Below are positions 26,738 through 35,800 of a stretch of 35,953 bases of DNA, piece by piece. The notes beneath the pieces were generated by a model. It did not search any database and had not been told where the DNA came from. It saw nothing but the letters and a program-made list of their open reading frames with translations. Within the stretch, counting starts at the first letter, position 1; every line of letters begins with the position of its first letter. Origin of the DNA: a virus (lineage: Duplodnaviria > Caudoviricetes); IMG/VR virus record IMGVR_UViG_3300005805_000233, positions 1-35,953 of that record; one strand, 5' to 3'. Made by a program: the position numbers and the translations under genes.

Positions 26738-28384
26738 TTACCTGTAGTCCCACATGTAAGACATATCTCCATACTCATCAGTGTGCCAAACATCTCCATC
26801 AACATCAACTATAGGTTCGTCCTCAATGCCAGTAAGAACAAATCCAAATGGTGCCATATCTTGTTCTATTTGATTCTTTTGCTCTTCATATAATCGTTTC
26901 CTAACATCTTGTTCTGTAAGTTCTTTGAAATAGTCCTGTGCAACCAACCAAGCATAGATTACAAGGCACATTGCCAAATCATCATTACAACCCTCTTCTG
27001 CCTCAAAAGAGTTGTGTTTCTGAATGAATGTGGTAAGTTCACTAATGATCTCATAATCATTAAAAATTAGTTTGTCCTCCTCAATCATTGTTTTAAGATT
27101 TAAGCATCCAACTTTCTTAACTGTCTTAGACATTTTGAGTCCAAGTTGAGTTTTCTTACCAGAAAAACCTTGTCCAACAATTTGACCTGCCCTACCTCTC
27201 ATAGAGCACATAAGAAGATTTTGATACTCTAAATCATATTGAATAATTGCTGCTACTTGATCTCCAACATCATTTACTTCACATAAAATAAATGCACTGT
27301 TATAATTTTTTGCTACATCATAAATGATGTTTGGAAAAAGCATTGGTTTGATTTCATTATTTCTATACTTTGCCACAATTTTATGTGGGAATGTAGTTAT
27401 ATCAAAAACCACAAAAGCAGAATAATCACTACCAACCCCTCTTGCCACATCAACAGTAATTACATAATCTTTTTCTGGACTGGAATTTTCATAAACATCC
27501 AATCCTTTACTTTGTTTAATTGGAGTATCATATACCAAACTTTTAAGTTTGCTTGGTGCGATTAAGGTATCAACTGATCCTAAGAATTCGCACTCAAATT
27601 CAATCTTGAACTGTTGTTCAGAGGTGTTGGCAATGGTTTGTGCTTTCCACTTTTCATCTCTTCCTGGAACTTCTGTCCAATGAACATCAGTTGGCACATA
27701 TTCATTTTTACCTCTTTCAGCATCATGCCAAAGACGATAAAAATGGTTCATACCATGGGGGGTAGAAACAATAATTACCTTTGTAGATTGACCAGAAGAA
27801 ATTGTAGGATATACAGATGCAAAGAAGTCATCTGCAAGGTGGTTTTGAACGAATGCAAATTCATCAAGGAAGATGATGTTATAGGATCCACCTCTAACTG
27901 CAGATGCTGATGTGGAAGCAGCAAGAATCTTAGAACCATTTTCTAGTTCCATGGAACCTCTGTTCCAAGCTATGATTCCCTGCTGCAACCACTTAGGCAA
28001 ATTTTCATAAGCAGTTTGTAATCTTTGAAGCAGATCTCTTGCAGTGGATGCTTTGTTGGCAAGAATTGCAATATTTACATTATCATTAAAAATTGCATAA
28101 TGAAGCAAATAAGAAACAACAGTTGTAGATTTACCTGTTTGACGAGGCATCTTACAGATATTGAATCTATTGTTATGGAAATTTTTAATTAACTTTTCTT
28201 GAAACGTGTATGGTTTAAATGGTTGAAGACCATGATCCAAAGTTACAATTTGAACATATGTCTTTGCAAAATATACTGGATCTTTTTTACATTTTACAAA
28301 TTCAAGAATTTGATCTTCTGAAAATTGTATAGGAGTATTTGCCTTTTTTAAAAGGGGATTACCTAAGTAAATATCATTTGGCAT
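26738..28384 (-). CDS. gp17: Terminase large subunit (T4 gp17)
   Basis: YLGNPLLK, PRQTGKST, IIFLDEFAF, VDVARG, DDLAM. Confidence 0.98.
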   Translation of the reverse strand: MPNDIYLGNPLLKKANTPIQFSEDQILEFVKCKKDPVYFAKTYVQIVTLDHGLQPFKPYTFQEKLIKNFHNNRFNICKMPRQTGKSTTVVSYLLHYAIFNDNVNIAILANKASTARDLLQRLQTAYENLPKWLQQGIIAWNRGSMELENGSKILAASTSASAVRGGSYNIIFLDEFAFVQNHLADDFFASVYPTISSGQSTKVIIVSTPHGMNHFYRLWHDAERGKNEYVPTDVHWTEVPGRDEKWKAQTIANTSEQQFKIEFECEFLGSVDTLIAPSKLKSLVYDTPIKQSKGLDVYENSSPEKDYVITVDVARGVGSDYSAFVVFDITTFPHKIVAKYRNNEIKPMLFPNIIYDVAKNYNSAFILCEVNDVGDQVAAIIQYDLEYQNLLMCSMRGRAGQIVGQGFSGKKTQLGLKMSKTVKKVGCLNLKTMIEEDKLIFNDYEIISELTTFIQKHNSFEAEEGCNDDLAMCLVIYAWLVAQDYFKELTEQDVRKRLYEEQKNQIEQDMAPFGFVLTGIEDEPIVDVDGDVWHTDEYGDMSYMWDYR

Positions 28385-28414
28385 AATAAAAATCTTCTAC
28401 CTCAATGTTTAAGT

Positions 28415-29992
28415 TTAATCAACTTCCCAGATAAGGGAAGAATTAGCTGATGTAATATTAGATGCTTTTATTCCTAGAGAAATATTACTTCCAGGTGAAA
28501 TTACAATTCTATAACTAGACAAATCAATATTTAATGATCCACTACTTGGTATTGCATAAGATAAAATTGGAGTATTAGTAGTTTCACTTATGGTTCCAGT
28601 TGCCTCAGAAACTAATGCTATTGAATTTCCTCCTGGTTGAGTATTAAAAATATGAGAACCTGTTGCCAAAGGAGCATCTAAAAATACGAAAATTTCTGCA
28701 GGCACATTTCCACTATTAAATGTTCCACTCAATCCTTTCATAATGATTTCTCTTGAGTTTAGTACTCCATTATTTGTGGTTGGATTTTGAATGGTAATTA
28801 AGTGATTTAGAACACTGTTAGTTAATGTACTAGTACTTCTAAATGCAGAACTTGGATATACATTTTGAATAATCTTACCTTCAACACCCATCATTAGGGA
28901 TGCCCCACAAACAGAAGCAGTTGAAGCAATACCAACACCAGTTAAATTTGCAGCAGCATATCCAATTTTAAATGAGGGATTATCTACCCAAGGAGTGGTA
29001 TGTCTGTTACTATAATGAGCATGATGAATGAAAATCATATCTCCATTTACTGGATTTTCCATTGCATATCTTTGCTCACCTGCACCCAACCAGCGATAGT
29101 TGATTTGGAATACATTTAATTTTGAGGTGTCTAAAGTAACTCCAGATGGATTTGATGTACCACCAACACCAGTCAAATTATCTAAGTTCCAATTTTCTTG
29201 ATATGTCCATTCTTCTGTAGCAGTTACACCAGTTTGAATTGTTGTAAATGTTCCTACTGCTCCTGTTGTTCCTGGAAGAAATTGAAAATTACCTGTCTGT
29301 GGTCCAACTGAATTTGCTAAAAATATAATAGTATTATCTCTTTGGTCTGGAATATGAGTTGTATATGAAGTGCCAAATCCTAGTTTTGCTGCTGTTGCTG
29401 ATGTGATTCCTGCATCATTTACAAGAGATACATTATAAGAAGTTCCATTTAAAATAACAGTGGATATTCCTGATGAACTTGCTGCAGTAGTGATTGTAAG
29501 TTTTCTAATTTCTGCTTTTGTTCCATACTGACGAAGAATGCCAAATTTCCCATTAGTATTAAATCCAACCTGTAGTGCAGATTCCTGACTAAAAAATCCT
29601 GCTCTTAAAGTGACACCTTGAGTTGGATTCTTAAAACAAGCAGTAAATCTTGCAACTCCTCCTTGCCCTGGTCTATATCTTAAAAATCTTTTTGAACGAA
29701 CTACACCATACCCATATGCACTTGTCCCAGTTTCTGCAACAAATAAACTGTTTCTAGTTGTTGCTATTCCACTACTAAAGGAATATGTTTGAAAACTGTT
29801 TGTGGGAAGACCATAGATTGGGTCTAACTGAACTACTGGAGTAATTTCAGAAACTGCATATTCACCAAAAGCACCTCTACCAGTAGCACCTTCATTTATA
29901 ATATTTCCATATTGATCAGCTTGAATATACGATTCATGAAGGGTTCGCTCTTGATTTAAATAATCTTGTATATTCTTATTCCAAATTGCCAT
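28415..29992 (-). CDS. Hypothetical beta-rich protein, probably structural
   Basis: 525 aa, S/T/G-rich; RYRPGQG and FQINYRWLGAG segments; late cluster between gp16 and gp17. Confidence 0.65.
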   Translation of the reverse strand: MAIWNKNIQDYLNQERTLHESYIQADQYGNIINEGATGRGAFGEYAVSEITPVVQLDPIYGLPTNSFQTYSFSSGIATTRNSLFVAETGTSAYGYGVVRSKRFLRYRPGQGGVARFTACFKNPTQGVTLRAGFFSQESALQVGFNTNGKFGILRQYGTKAEIRKLTITTAASSSGISTVILNGTSYNVSLVNDAGITSATAAKLGFGTSYTTHIPDQRDNTIIFLANSVGPQTGNFQFLPGTTGAVGTFTTIQTGVTATEEWTYQENWNLDNLTGVGGTSNPSGVTLDTSKLNVFQINYRWLGAGEQRYAMENPVNGDMIFIHHAHYSNRHTTPWVDNPSFKIGYAAANLTGVGIASTASVCGASLMMGVEGKIIQNVYPSSAFRSTSTLTNSVLNHLITIQNPTTNNGVLNSREIIMKGLSGTFNSGNVPAEIFVFLDAPLATGSHIFNTQPGGNSIALVSEATGTISETTNTPILSYAIPSSGSLNIDLSSYRIVISPGSNISLGIKASNITSANSSLIWEVD

Positions 29993-29996
29993 AATT

Positions 29997-30314
29997 TCAA
30001 ATCCACTCTAATTTTGCTGGGTGATACCTGCTTACTTTTGTAATGTTTGTGTTCTTTTGAATTCCTGGATATATGTTATGAATTATAGCACCAGGATACT
30101 CATTTTGAAGTTGTTCTGTTAGTTTATCTTTGGATGGGATTCCATCTTCAGAAATCATGTCCACTCTGTAGATGCTACCTTGCCAAACAAAATCTACAGA
30201 GAAATCTTCACCCATTTTTTGTGGAGTTGATTGTCCTCCAACAATAATGGTTCCAACTGATGCATTACCTGAGATGTTTACTGATTCTGAAAGAAACTCT
30301 TTGTAGGATTTCAT
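29997..30314 (-). CDS. Small protein with capsid-targeting-like N-terminus
   Basis: Start reassigned to ATG 30314 (MKSYKEFLSE...), 1 nt after the upstream stop; 105 aa. Confidence 0.75.
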   Translation of the reverse strand: MKSYKEFLSESVNISGNASVGTIIVGGQSTPQKMGEDFSVDFVWQGSIYRVDMISEDGIPSKDKLTEQLQNEYPGAIIHNIYPGIQKNTNITKVSRYHPAKLEWI

Positions 30315-30315
30315 A

Positions 30316-31536
30316 TTAGCAATTCCAAGCTCTAAGGGACTTATTGATTCTGCTATCTGGATCTCTAGCAGTTTTTGCACTGGTAAGTTTTGACTTCATA
30401 CCTTTCATTCTTGCACAGAATGATGCTCTGCGAGGATTACCAACCTTCTTTGAAGGTGCTTTTAAATCTGATCCAGGATTCTCATTCTCATAAGATTTTC
30501 TTCCCTTTTCATTAAGTCCACCTTCTCTATTTTTACCTTCCTTTCTTTGCCATGCAGCAACTTCTGCAAGTTGCATAAACTGGGAGAATGTCATGCAAGA
30601 ATCTTCATTTGCAGGAACACAATTAGGAACTTCCCTTCCTCCCTTCATTTTGGTTCCTTTGGCAACTTTACCAGGCCAACACTTACTAGCACCAACATTT
30701 TTACGTGCTTGTTTTAATCCTTCAGATACAGTTTCATCACTAGACATATATTCTGCTGCAGTATCAATAAAATCTGCTGCTCTAGTAATTTTTGATTGAA
30801 CCCATGCAGGAAGTTGCATGTCTGGTTTTTTAATAATCTTTCTTAAAATTTCAACAGATTTTGTCATCTTATCCATTTCAATATTTGCCATATATCCTTC
30901 TTCATCTTTCTTCTTTCCAGAAGCAATTTCTTTATGGTCTTCTTTAATATCAAGTGTTTTTGGATACCCTTTTTCTCCAGGTTTTTTGGGTGGTTTGCCT
31001 GCTTTTCTACGAGCATGAATGTTATCCCAAAGACCTTTCTTTTCTCCTAAAACTTCTTCATTTGCTGGATGTACAGTGGCAATAGAAAATCTAGTCCACA
31101 TTTCTGGACCATAAGAACATTCATCTTGGGTTTCTGCCTTTCTACAAAGTTTGCAGTATCTTTTTCCTTCAAGACCCATCTTTGCTACTTCTAAAGATTC
31201 TTTATTAATTTTTGGAGTTGTTTCCATTTTAGACAACAAATACGCAAGTTTTACTTTTTTTTGAATTTGGGAAGGTTTTCTTGTTCTGTGTCTGATTGCT
31301 TCTTCGTTACTTTCTTTTATTTTTTCAACTTTTTTTAATCTTGTATAATAATCTGGAAATTCATCTACATGTTGCAATGCAGTAATTCTTGCGCCACTTT
31401 TACTTGTGGTGTGCTCACCTTCAACCTTAGTGCCCATTTTTACTTGCTGCATAATTTTGTCCAGAGAAACTTTATGCTTTTTAGCAACTTCTTCTGGAGA
31501 TTTATATGCTTTTACAGGTCCTTTTGGGTCTTTCAT
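30316..31536 (-). CDS. Basic modular protein, putative internal head polyprotein
   Basis: Short modules separated by xxE sites; CxxC...C module; C-terminal GGLNEKGR...RRASFCARM...SLRAWNC module. Confidence 0.75.
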   Translation of the reverse strand: MKDPKGPVKAYKSPEEVAKKHKVSLDKIMQQVKMGTKVEGEHTTSKSGARITALQHVDEFPDYYTRLKKVEKIKESNEEAIRHRTRKPSQIQKKVKLAYLLSKMETTPKINKESLEVAKMGLEGKRYCKLCRKAETQDECSYGPEMWTRFSIATVHPANEEVLGEKKGLWDNIHARRKAGKPPKKPGEKGYPKTLDIKEDHKEIASGKKKDEEGYMANIEMDKMTKSVEILRKIIKKPDMQLPAWVQSKITRAADFIDTAAEYMSSDETVSEGLKQARKNVGASKCWPGKVAKGTKMKGGREVPNCVPANEDSCMTFSQFMQLAEVAAWQRKEGKNREGGLNEKGRKSYENENPGSDLKAPSKKVGNPRRASFCARMKGMKSKLTSAKTARDPDSRINKSLRAWNC

Positions 31537-31544
31537 ATTAATTA

Positions 31545-31958
31545 TTATTCTTCTGCATTATTTAGAAGACCTTGCTTTATAAGTTTAGAAAGTTCTGCAG
31601 TGGACCCAACAAAAAGTGAATTGTTTACTGTTGTAGGACCTTTTTGAGGAGAATCTAAATCCCTCATTTTCTTTTGAAGATCAATTAATTTGTCTGTAGT
31701 ATCTGCAACAGATTTAATTAATTGTCCTGCAACTTCAAATGCTCTTGGATGTCCTGATTCTTGTGCTATTTCTAATATTCCATCAACTGCTTCTTGCCCT
31801 TTTGAAATTAAACTATAAAGTTGTCCCCTGCTGTATTCATAATCTTTTTGGGGGTCATCTGGATTATCTATAGGTTTAATTTCGACAGGATCAATTATAG
31901 GGACAATTGTTGTCTCTATATTAAGTGATTCTTCTATCTTAGTAAATTTGTTTCGCAT
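31545..31958 (-). CDS. gp16: Terminase small subunit (T4 gp16)
   Basis: DYEYSR..LY.LI.KG, HPRAFEVAGQLIK, FVGSTAEL. Confidence 0.95.
   Translation of the reverse strand: MRNKFTKIEESLNIETTIVPIIDPVEIKPIDNPDDPQKDYEYSRGQLYSLISKGQEAVDGILEIAQESGHPRAFEVAGQLIKSVADTTDKLIDLQKKMRDLDSPQKGPTTVNNSLFVGSTAELSKLIKQGLLNNAEE
31559..31565 (-). promoter_or_regulatory. Late promoter variant (CTAAATA) for the accessory block after gp16
   Basis: CTAAATA at the 3' end of gp16, 22 nt upstream of ATG 31536. Confidence 0.5.
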
Positions 31959-31968
31959 AAACTATATA

Positions 31969-32817
31969 TCAAACATCAATTCCTTGAGATGCACTGTATT
32001 CTTTGAAATCTTGGAATTCTGTAATCTCATCATTAAATCCAAAATCATCTCCATAAGGAATAAGAGGATCATCTGCAGTATCTATTACATTATCATTATT
32101 GTAATCCTGAAGTGCTTTAGGAGTTACTGTATATCTAACTTCACGTTTTGCATTTAGTAGAGCCTCTGTTGCATAATCAACTTGAACTTTCTTAATGAGA
32201 CCAGAACTATCTTCAGAAATCTCACTGAATAAGTATGTTTTTGCTGTAAAGTTTAAAGTGTATATAATAGATCTTCTTGTAGTATAATCTCCCTCATAAT
32301 CGTCTCTAAATCCAACTCTGTTTAAAACAATAGGAATATCTCTTACTTCATTAATTTCAGGAATCATTCTAACGCTGACATTGAATGATGGTTGGAAAAA
32401 TGGAAGAATTTGTTCTACAATTTGGAGAACATCATCCTGTATTTTTGCTAAAATATTAAGTTCAAAACCAATATTATATGGTACTGGGCAATAAACTTTA
32501 TTTACAACTTTACCATCAACTGTTTTTGGTGCTTTAAATGTTTGAATAACTGATGCTTTTCTTTGAGCATCATAATCTATAGATGTCATTTCAAATGACA
32601 TTCTTGGGAGAGTTAGTGCTACTTTTCTATCACCTGCTGGTTGTTGTTCAATTCTAGCCAAAAACTTTTGAACAGGACCATATGACAAAGGAACTTTTAA
32701 TACTGATATTGGATCATCATTTTGATCATAGTGTCTAATCTGAATATCATTAAACAGTGTGCCAAAAGCAGTTACTGTTTTATGTATTCCTTTGTTGTAA
32801 AAGTATCTTCCAAACAT
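31969..32817 (-). CDS. gp15: Tail sheath stabilizer / completion protein (T4 gp15)
   Basis: FGTLFNDI, VPLSYGP, LPRMSFE, QIVEQILPFFQP. Confidence 0.96.
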   Translation of the reverse strand: MFGRYFYNKGIHKTVTAFGTLFNDIQIRHYDQNDDPISVLKVPLSYGPVQKFLARIEQQPAGDRKVALTLPRMSFEMTSIDYDAQRKASVIQTFKAPKTVDGKVVNKVYCPVPYNIGFELNILAKIQDDVLQIVEQILPFFQPSFNVSVRMIPEINEVRDIPIVLNRVGFRDDYEGDYTTRRSIIYTLNFTAKTYLFSEISEDSSGLIKKVQVDYATEALLNAKREVRYTVTPKALQDYNNDNVIDTADDPLIPYGDDFGFNDEITEFQDFKEYSASQGIDV

Positions 32818-32834
32818 TTTAAATCTTTATAATT

Positions 32835-34211
32835 TTATACTTCACCAAATGGATTTATATCAGTAAATACTAAAATATCATCAGATTCTTCTTGTATTTC
32901 CTGATCTTGATCAAATGCTGAAGTTGATGAGAATGTATCGTATTTAGACACAACATAAGTTGCACTTGATGCTGCACCAACAATAGTATCTCCAATAACA
33001 AAGTCAGTTCCAAATCCAGTAACTGTAAGTTTTTTAGTTTGCGCATTCCAACTCTTAACCAATCCTGTTGCATTTGAAATAGAACCAACAACTTCTTCAT
33101 TAAAGATAAAGTTACCAAGTGAAATTGTAGATCCTGCTCCTATGGTAATAGTTGGGACAGATGTATATCCATATCCAGCATTCAGTATTCTAATAGTAGA
33201 AATTCCTCCACTGGCATTTATAAATGCTCTTGCTATTGCAGTCACCCCTCCACCTACTGGTCCAGAAATTGTGACTGTTGGTTCTGTTGCATAACCTTGT
33301 CCAGAATTGGTTAAAATAATTCTTCCAATACTTCCTGAGGTAGCTATACCGACTCTAACCTCTGCATTATATCCACCCCCACCATAAAAACTTACAATAG
33401 GAGGTCTATTTGGATCATATCCATCTCCAGGTTGTTCAATATAAACTTCTTCTAAACTTTGAGAAGATAATAATCCCCTTTTTGCTGTTGTAAATCCTAC
33501 TAGTCTTCCCTTAGTTCCAGATATTGGTGATGATACTACTAAAGATGGTGCAGAAGTATATCTATATCCACCATTAATAATATCTACTTTTTGTATTCCC
33601 CCAGTAACTATACTTGTATATGCAGTTGCAGTTGATCCAATTGCAGAAAGTGATAATGTGGCATCATATCCAAGATCTTTAATTGATCTATCAATTTCAC
33701 TAATTGTGGTGTTAATTTCTTCATCTTCTAATTCATATACCTCACATCTCAATTCATAAACATAATTTTTTTGAAGTTGATAAAAGGGTTTTCTATTTTC
33801 TACATATTTAATTTCCATAAAGCTGTCACTTAATGGAATGTAAAGCAAATCCCCCTCATTAGGTCTTAAAATATTTTTTATAAATTGATCCCCTTTCATT
33901 AACTCAGAGATGTAAGTTTCAAAACGTTCTTTTGAAATAATCAATGTCATCTCATCAGTGACTTTAACACCAAATTTCGACATTAAAACACTGTTGGGAT
34001 CAAATCCTTCATAGTTGACTAAATATGCTTCTATTGGAAATGCCTTTTCAAATTTTGAATATAAAACTTCTCTAATTATTTTTCCTTCCGAAATGATTTG
34101 CCTTGGCATATAATAAATTTCTATGCCATACATTTTCAATTGTTCATTAATTAAATCTTGAACAAGACCTTGTTCTCCAGAAGTGCCTTGTATGAAAAAT
34201 GGATTTAACAT
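32835..34211 (-). CDS. gp14: Neck protein (T4 gp14) with internal repeat insertion
   Basis: LINEQLKMYG, SKFG, PNEGDLLY, FYQL, C-terminal NPFGEV. Confidence 0.93.
   Translation of the reverse strand: MLNPFFIQGTSGEQGLVQDLINEQLKMYGIEIYYMPRQIISEGKIIREVLYSKFEKAFPIEAYLVNYEGFDPNSVLMSKFGVKVTDEMTLIISKERFETYISELMKGDQFIKNILRPNEGDLLYIPLSDSFMEIKYVENRKPFYQLQKNYVYELRCEVYELEDEEINTTISEIDRSIKDLGYDATLSLSAIGSTATAYTSIVTGGIQKVDIINGGYRYTSAPSLVVSSPISGTKGRLVGFTTAKRGLLSSQSLEEVYIEQPGDGYDPNRPPIVSFYGGGGYNAEVRVGIATSGSIGRIILTNSGQGYATEPTVTISGPVGGGVTAIARAFINASGGISTIRILNAGYGYTSVPTITIGAGSTISLGNFIFNEEVVGSISNATGLVKSWNAQTKKLTVTGFGTDFVIGDTIVGAASSATYVVSKYDTFSSTSAFDQDQEIQEESDDILVFTDINPFGEV
33140..33604 (-). repeat. Four degenerate protein repeats (I.I.N.G.GY...P.V.I) in gp14; boundaries approximate
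   Basis: GGIQKVDIINGGYRYTSAPSLVV / SLEEVYIEQPGDGYDPNRPPIVSF / GSIGRIILTNSGQGYATEPTVTI / GGISTIRILNAGYGYTSVPTITI. Confidence 0.75.
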
Positions 34212-34213
34212 AT

Positions 34214-34765
34214 CTATAACCTACTAAAAGTATATCCTTTATGACTATTTTGCCTCTTTCCATTCAAACATTTTACAATTGCAGAAGGATCCCCATTAAT
34301 ATATTGAGCACATTCTTTTATTGAATTAAATTCAATATTTAATTCATTTATAACAACTTTGCATGTTGGTAGATGATTTCCATTTCCTTTTTTAGTTTTT
34401 GAAATTTTATTTCCTCTTGTTTTTCTTTCAGTTTGGGATAAATTGTCCCAAAAATTTTGTATTGCTTTTATTCTATTAATTTGATTTGGTTTTGCTTTTG
34501 GTGGATTGTCTCCACCATCAGTTTTATTATATAAAATCCCAGAACCCAAATCTTTTCTTCCAAAAATTGAAATCATATATCTTTCATGTTGCAGTGCTTC
34601 AATTTCTGTTAGATTATTTTTTAAAATAATAATTCTTTCAATTGGGGGCAAATTAATTCCATGAGATTTATGTCCATTTTTATGATATGCTCTATCTCCT
34701 TTTCCTTTACCAATATAGTAAGGAGTTTTATTTTCTCTTAAATAAGCATATGTGTAGTATTTCAT
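34214..34765 (-). mobile_element. Free-standing homing endonuclease gene (GIY-YIG-like with NUMOD1-like C-terminus)
   Basis: MKYYTYAYLRE..TPYYIGKG...R; A...E..MI..FGR; LYNKTDGG; EFNSIKECAQYI.....I.KCL......HKGYTF; between gp13 and gp14; start set at 34765. Confidence 0.82.
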
Positions 34766-34769
34766 AATA

Positions 34770-35600
34770 CTAACCAATAAGGTCAAATGGAGCAGTTTCA
34801 TACTCACTCAACATTCTCAATCTAATTGATTCCAATTCTTTTACAGCATCATCATATATTTGTCTTCCATTTAATTCGATTCCACCAGGAAGTTTAACTC
34901 CTTGGAATTTAATTAAGTTTTGTCCCCATTGCTTTTTAACTAAAGAAGTAAAATACATCTTTAAGAAAGAATCATTATAAACTTTAGTAAAATCATTTGG
35001 GTCAAGTATTCTATAACATTCCATAATTAAATAATTGCCTGCTGTACTGGCATCCCAACTCATATCCAAATATAATCTATTTTGTCTTTTATTAAATCTA
35101 ATTTGTCTTTGTGGATTAACAATCCAGTCAATATCTTCAAGATATCTTTTAGTTACATAATAGTTTAAAAGTTCAGTTGAACTAAACCAGTAAATATCAT
35201 TTAAGAATAACTGATAGTTGACATTAAATAAATTTGATGTAATTGTTCTATTATCAAGTTTAAAAACTCTTTCTACACCAATTACTGAATCTGGAACAGG
35301 GATGTAATTTGAATTTTCTTCCCATGTAAATGATCCAACTGGAGAAGTTGCTGTTGTACTTACTATACCAACATTATAACTTCCACCTTTTGATCTTCCT
35401 CTTTGAATATCTGCTTCTGTAAGTTTATACTTAAGAAACATTTTTTCAACTCCATCAAAATGCCTTTCATAAAAATACTGCAGAGCATCATCTAATCTAT
35501 CATCAAGCTGCTCATCTGCAACGTTGATTTCTAAAACGGGAGCACCAAGTTGCCTTAAAGCATAATCTTTTAATTCTTGTCTTGATGCAGGTTTCGCCAT
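34770..35600 (-). CDS. gp13: Neck protein (T4 gp13)
   Basis: LRQLGAPVLEINV, HFDG, KKQWGQNLIKF.GVKLPGG.ELNG. Confidence 0.96.
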   Translation of the reverse strand: MAKPASRQELKDYALRQLGAPVLEINVADEQLDDRLDDALQYFYERHFDGVEKMFLKYKLTEADIQRGRSKGGSYNVGIVSTTATSPVGSFTWEENSNYIPVPDSVIGVERVFKLDNRTITSNLFNVNYQLFLNDIYWFSSTELLNYYVTKRYLEDIDWIVNPQRQIRFNKRQNRLYLDMSWDASTAGNYLIMECYRILDPNDFTKVYNDSFLKMYFTSLVKKQWGQNLIKFQGVKLPGGIELNGRQIYDDAVKELESIRLRMLSEYETAPFDLIG

Positions 35601-35614
35601 TATTCCACTATTTT

Positions 35615-35800
35615 TTAACTATTTAGACCATCCAAGATTAAAGAAGATATAGATTCTTGTTGTTTCATATAAAGTTTAACGTAACATTTACAGAGATTTC
35701 TCATTAAATCTATATTAGTGCAAGTATCAAGTTCTCTTGAAATTTTTTCAAATTCAAATAATTTAGAAACATTCTCAAGTTTTAATTCTTCATGATCCAT
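35615..35800 (-). CDS. Small helical protein, possibly NblA-like
   Basis: 61 aa two-helix pattern L....KLFEFEKI...LD.......L......KLYMKQQE. Confidence 0.55.
   Translation of the reverse strand: MDHEELKLENVSKLFEFEKISRELDTCTNIDLMRNLCKCYVKLYMKQQESISSLILDGLNS
35620..35626 (-). promoter_or_regulatory. Late promoter variant (CTAAATA) upstream of gp13
   Basis: CTAAATA 19 nt upstream of gp13 ATG. Confidence 0.55.

Noticed and set aside
337-28384. Introns or inteins in gp41, gp43, gp46, uvsW, gp20, gp17
   Set aside because: ORFs are continuous, of ordinary length for the families, and show no intein splice motifs or embedded endonuclease domains
30315-30380. ORF-track start at 30380 for the small protein
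   Set aside because: Overlaps the upstream gene; ATG 30314 directly follows its stop and gives the tag-like N-terminus
59-32157. Numerous plus-strand ORFs of 60-116 aa in the ORF track
   Set aside because: All lie antisense to well-supported minus-strand genes and lack recognisable motifs; treated as shadow ORFs
34214-34772. Stop-codon reassignment, considered because TAG stops are rare
   Set aside because: gp13 ends at TAG at its expected C-terminus and all core genes are intact under the standard code
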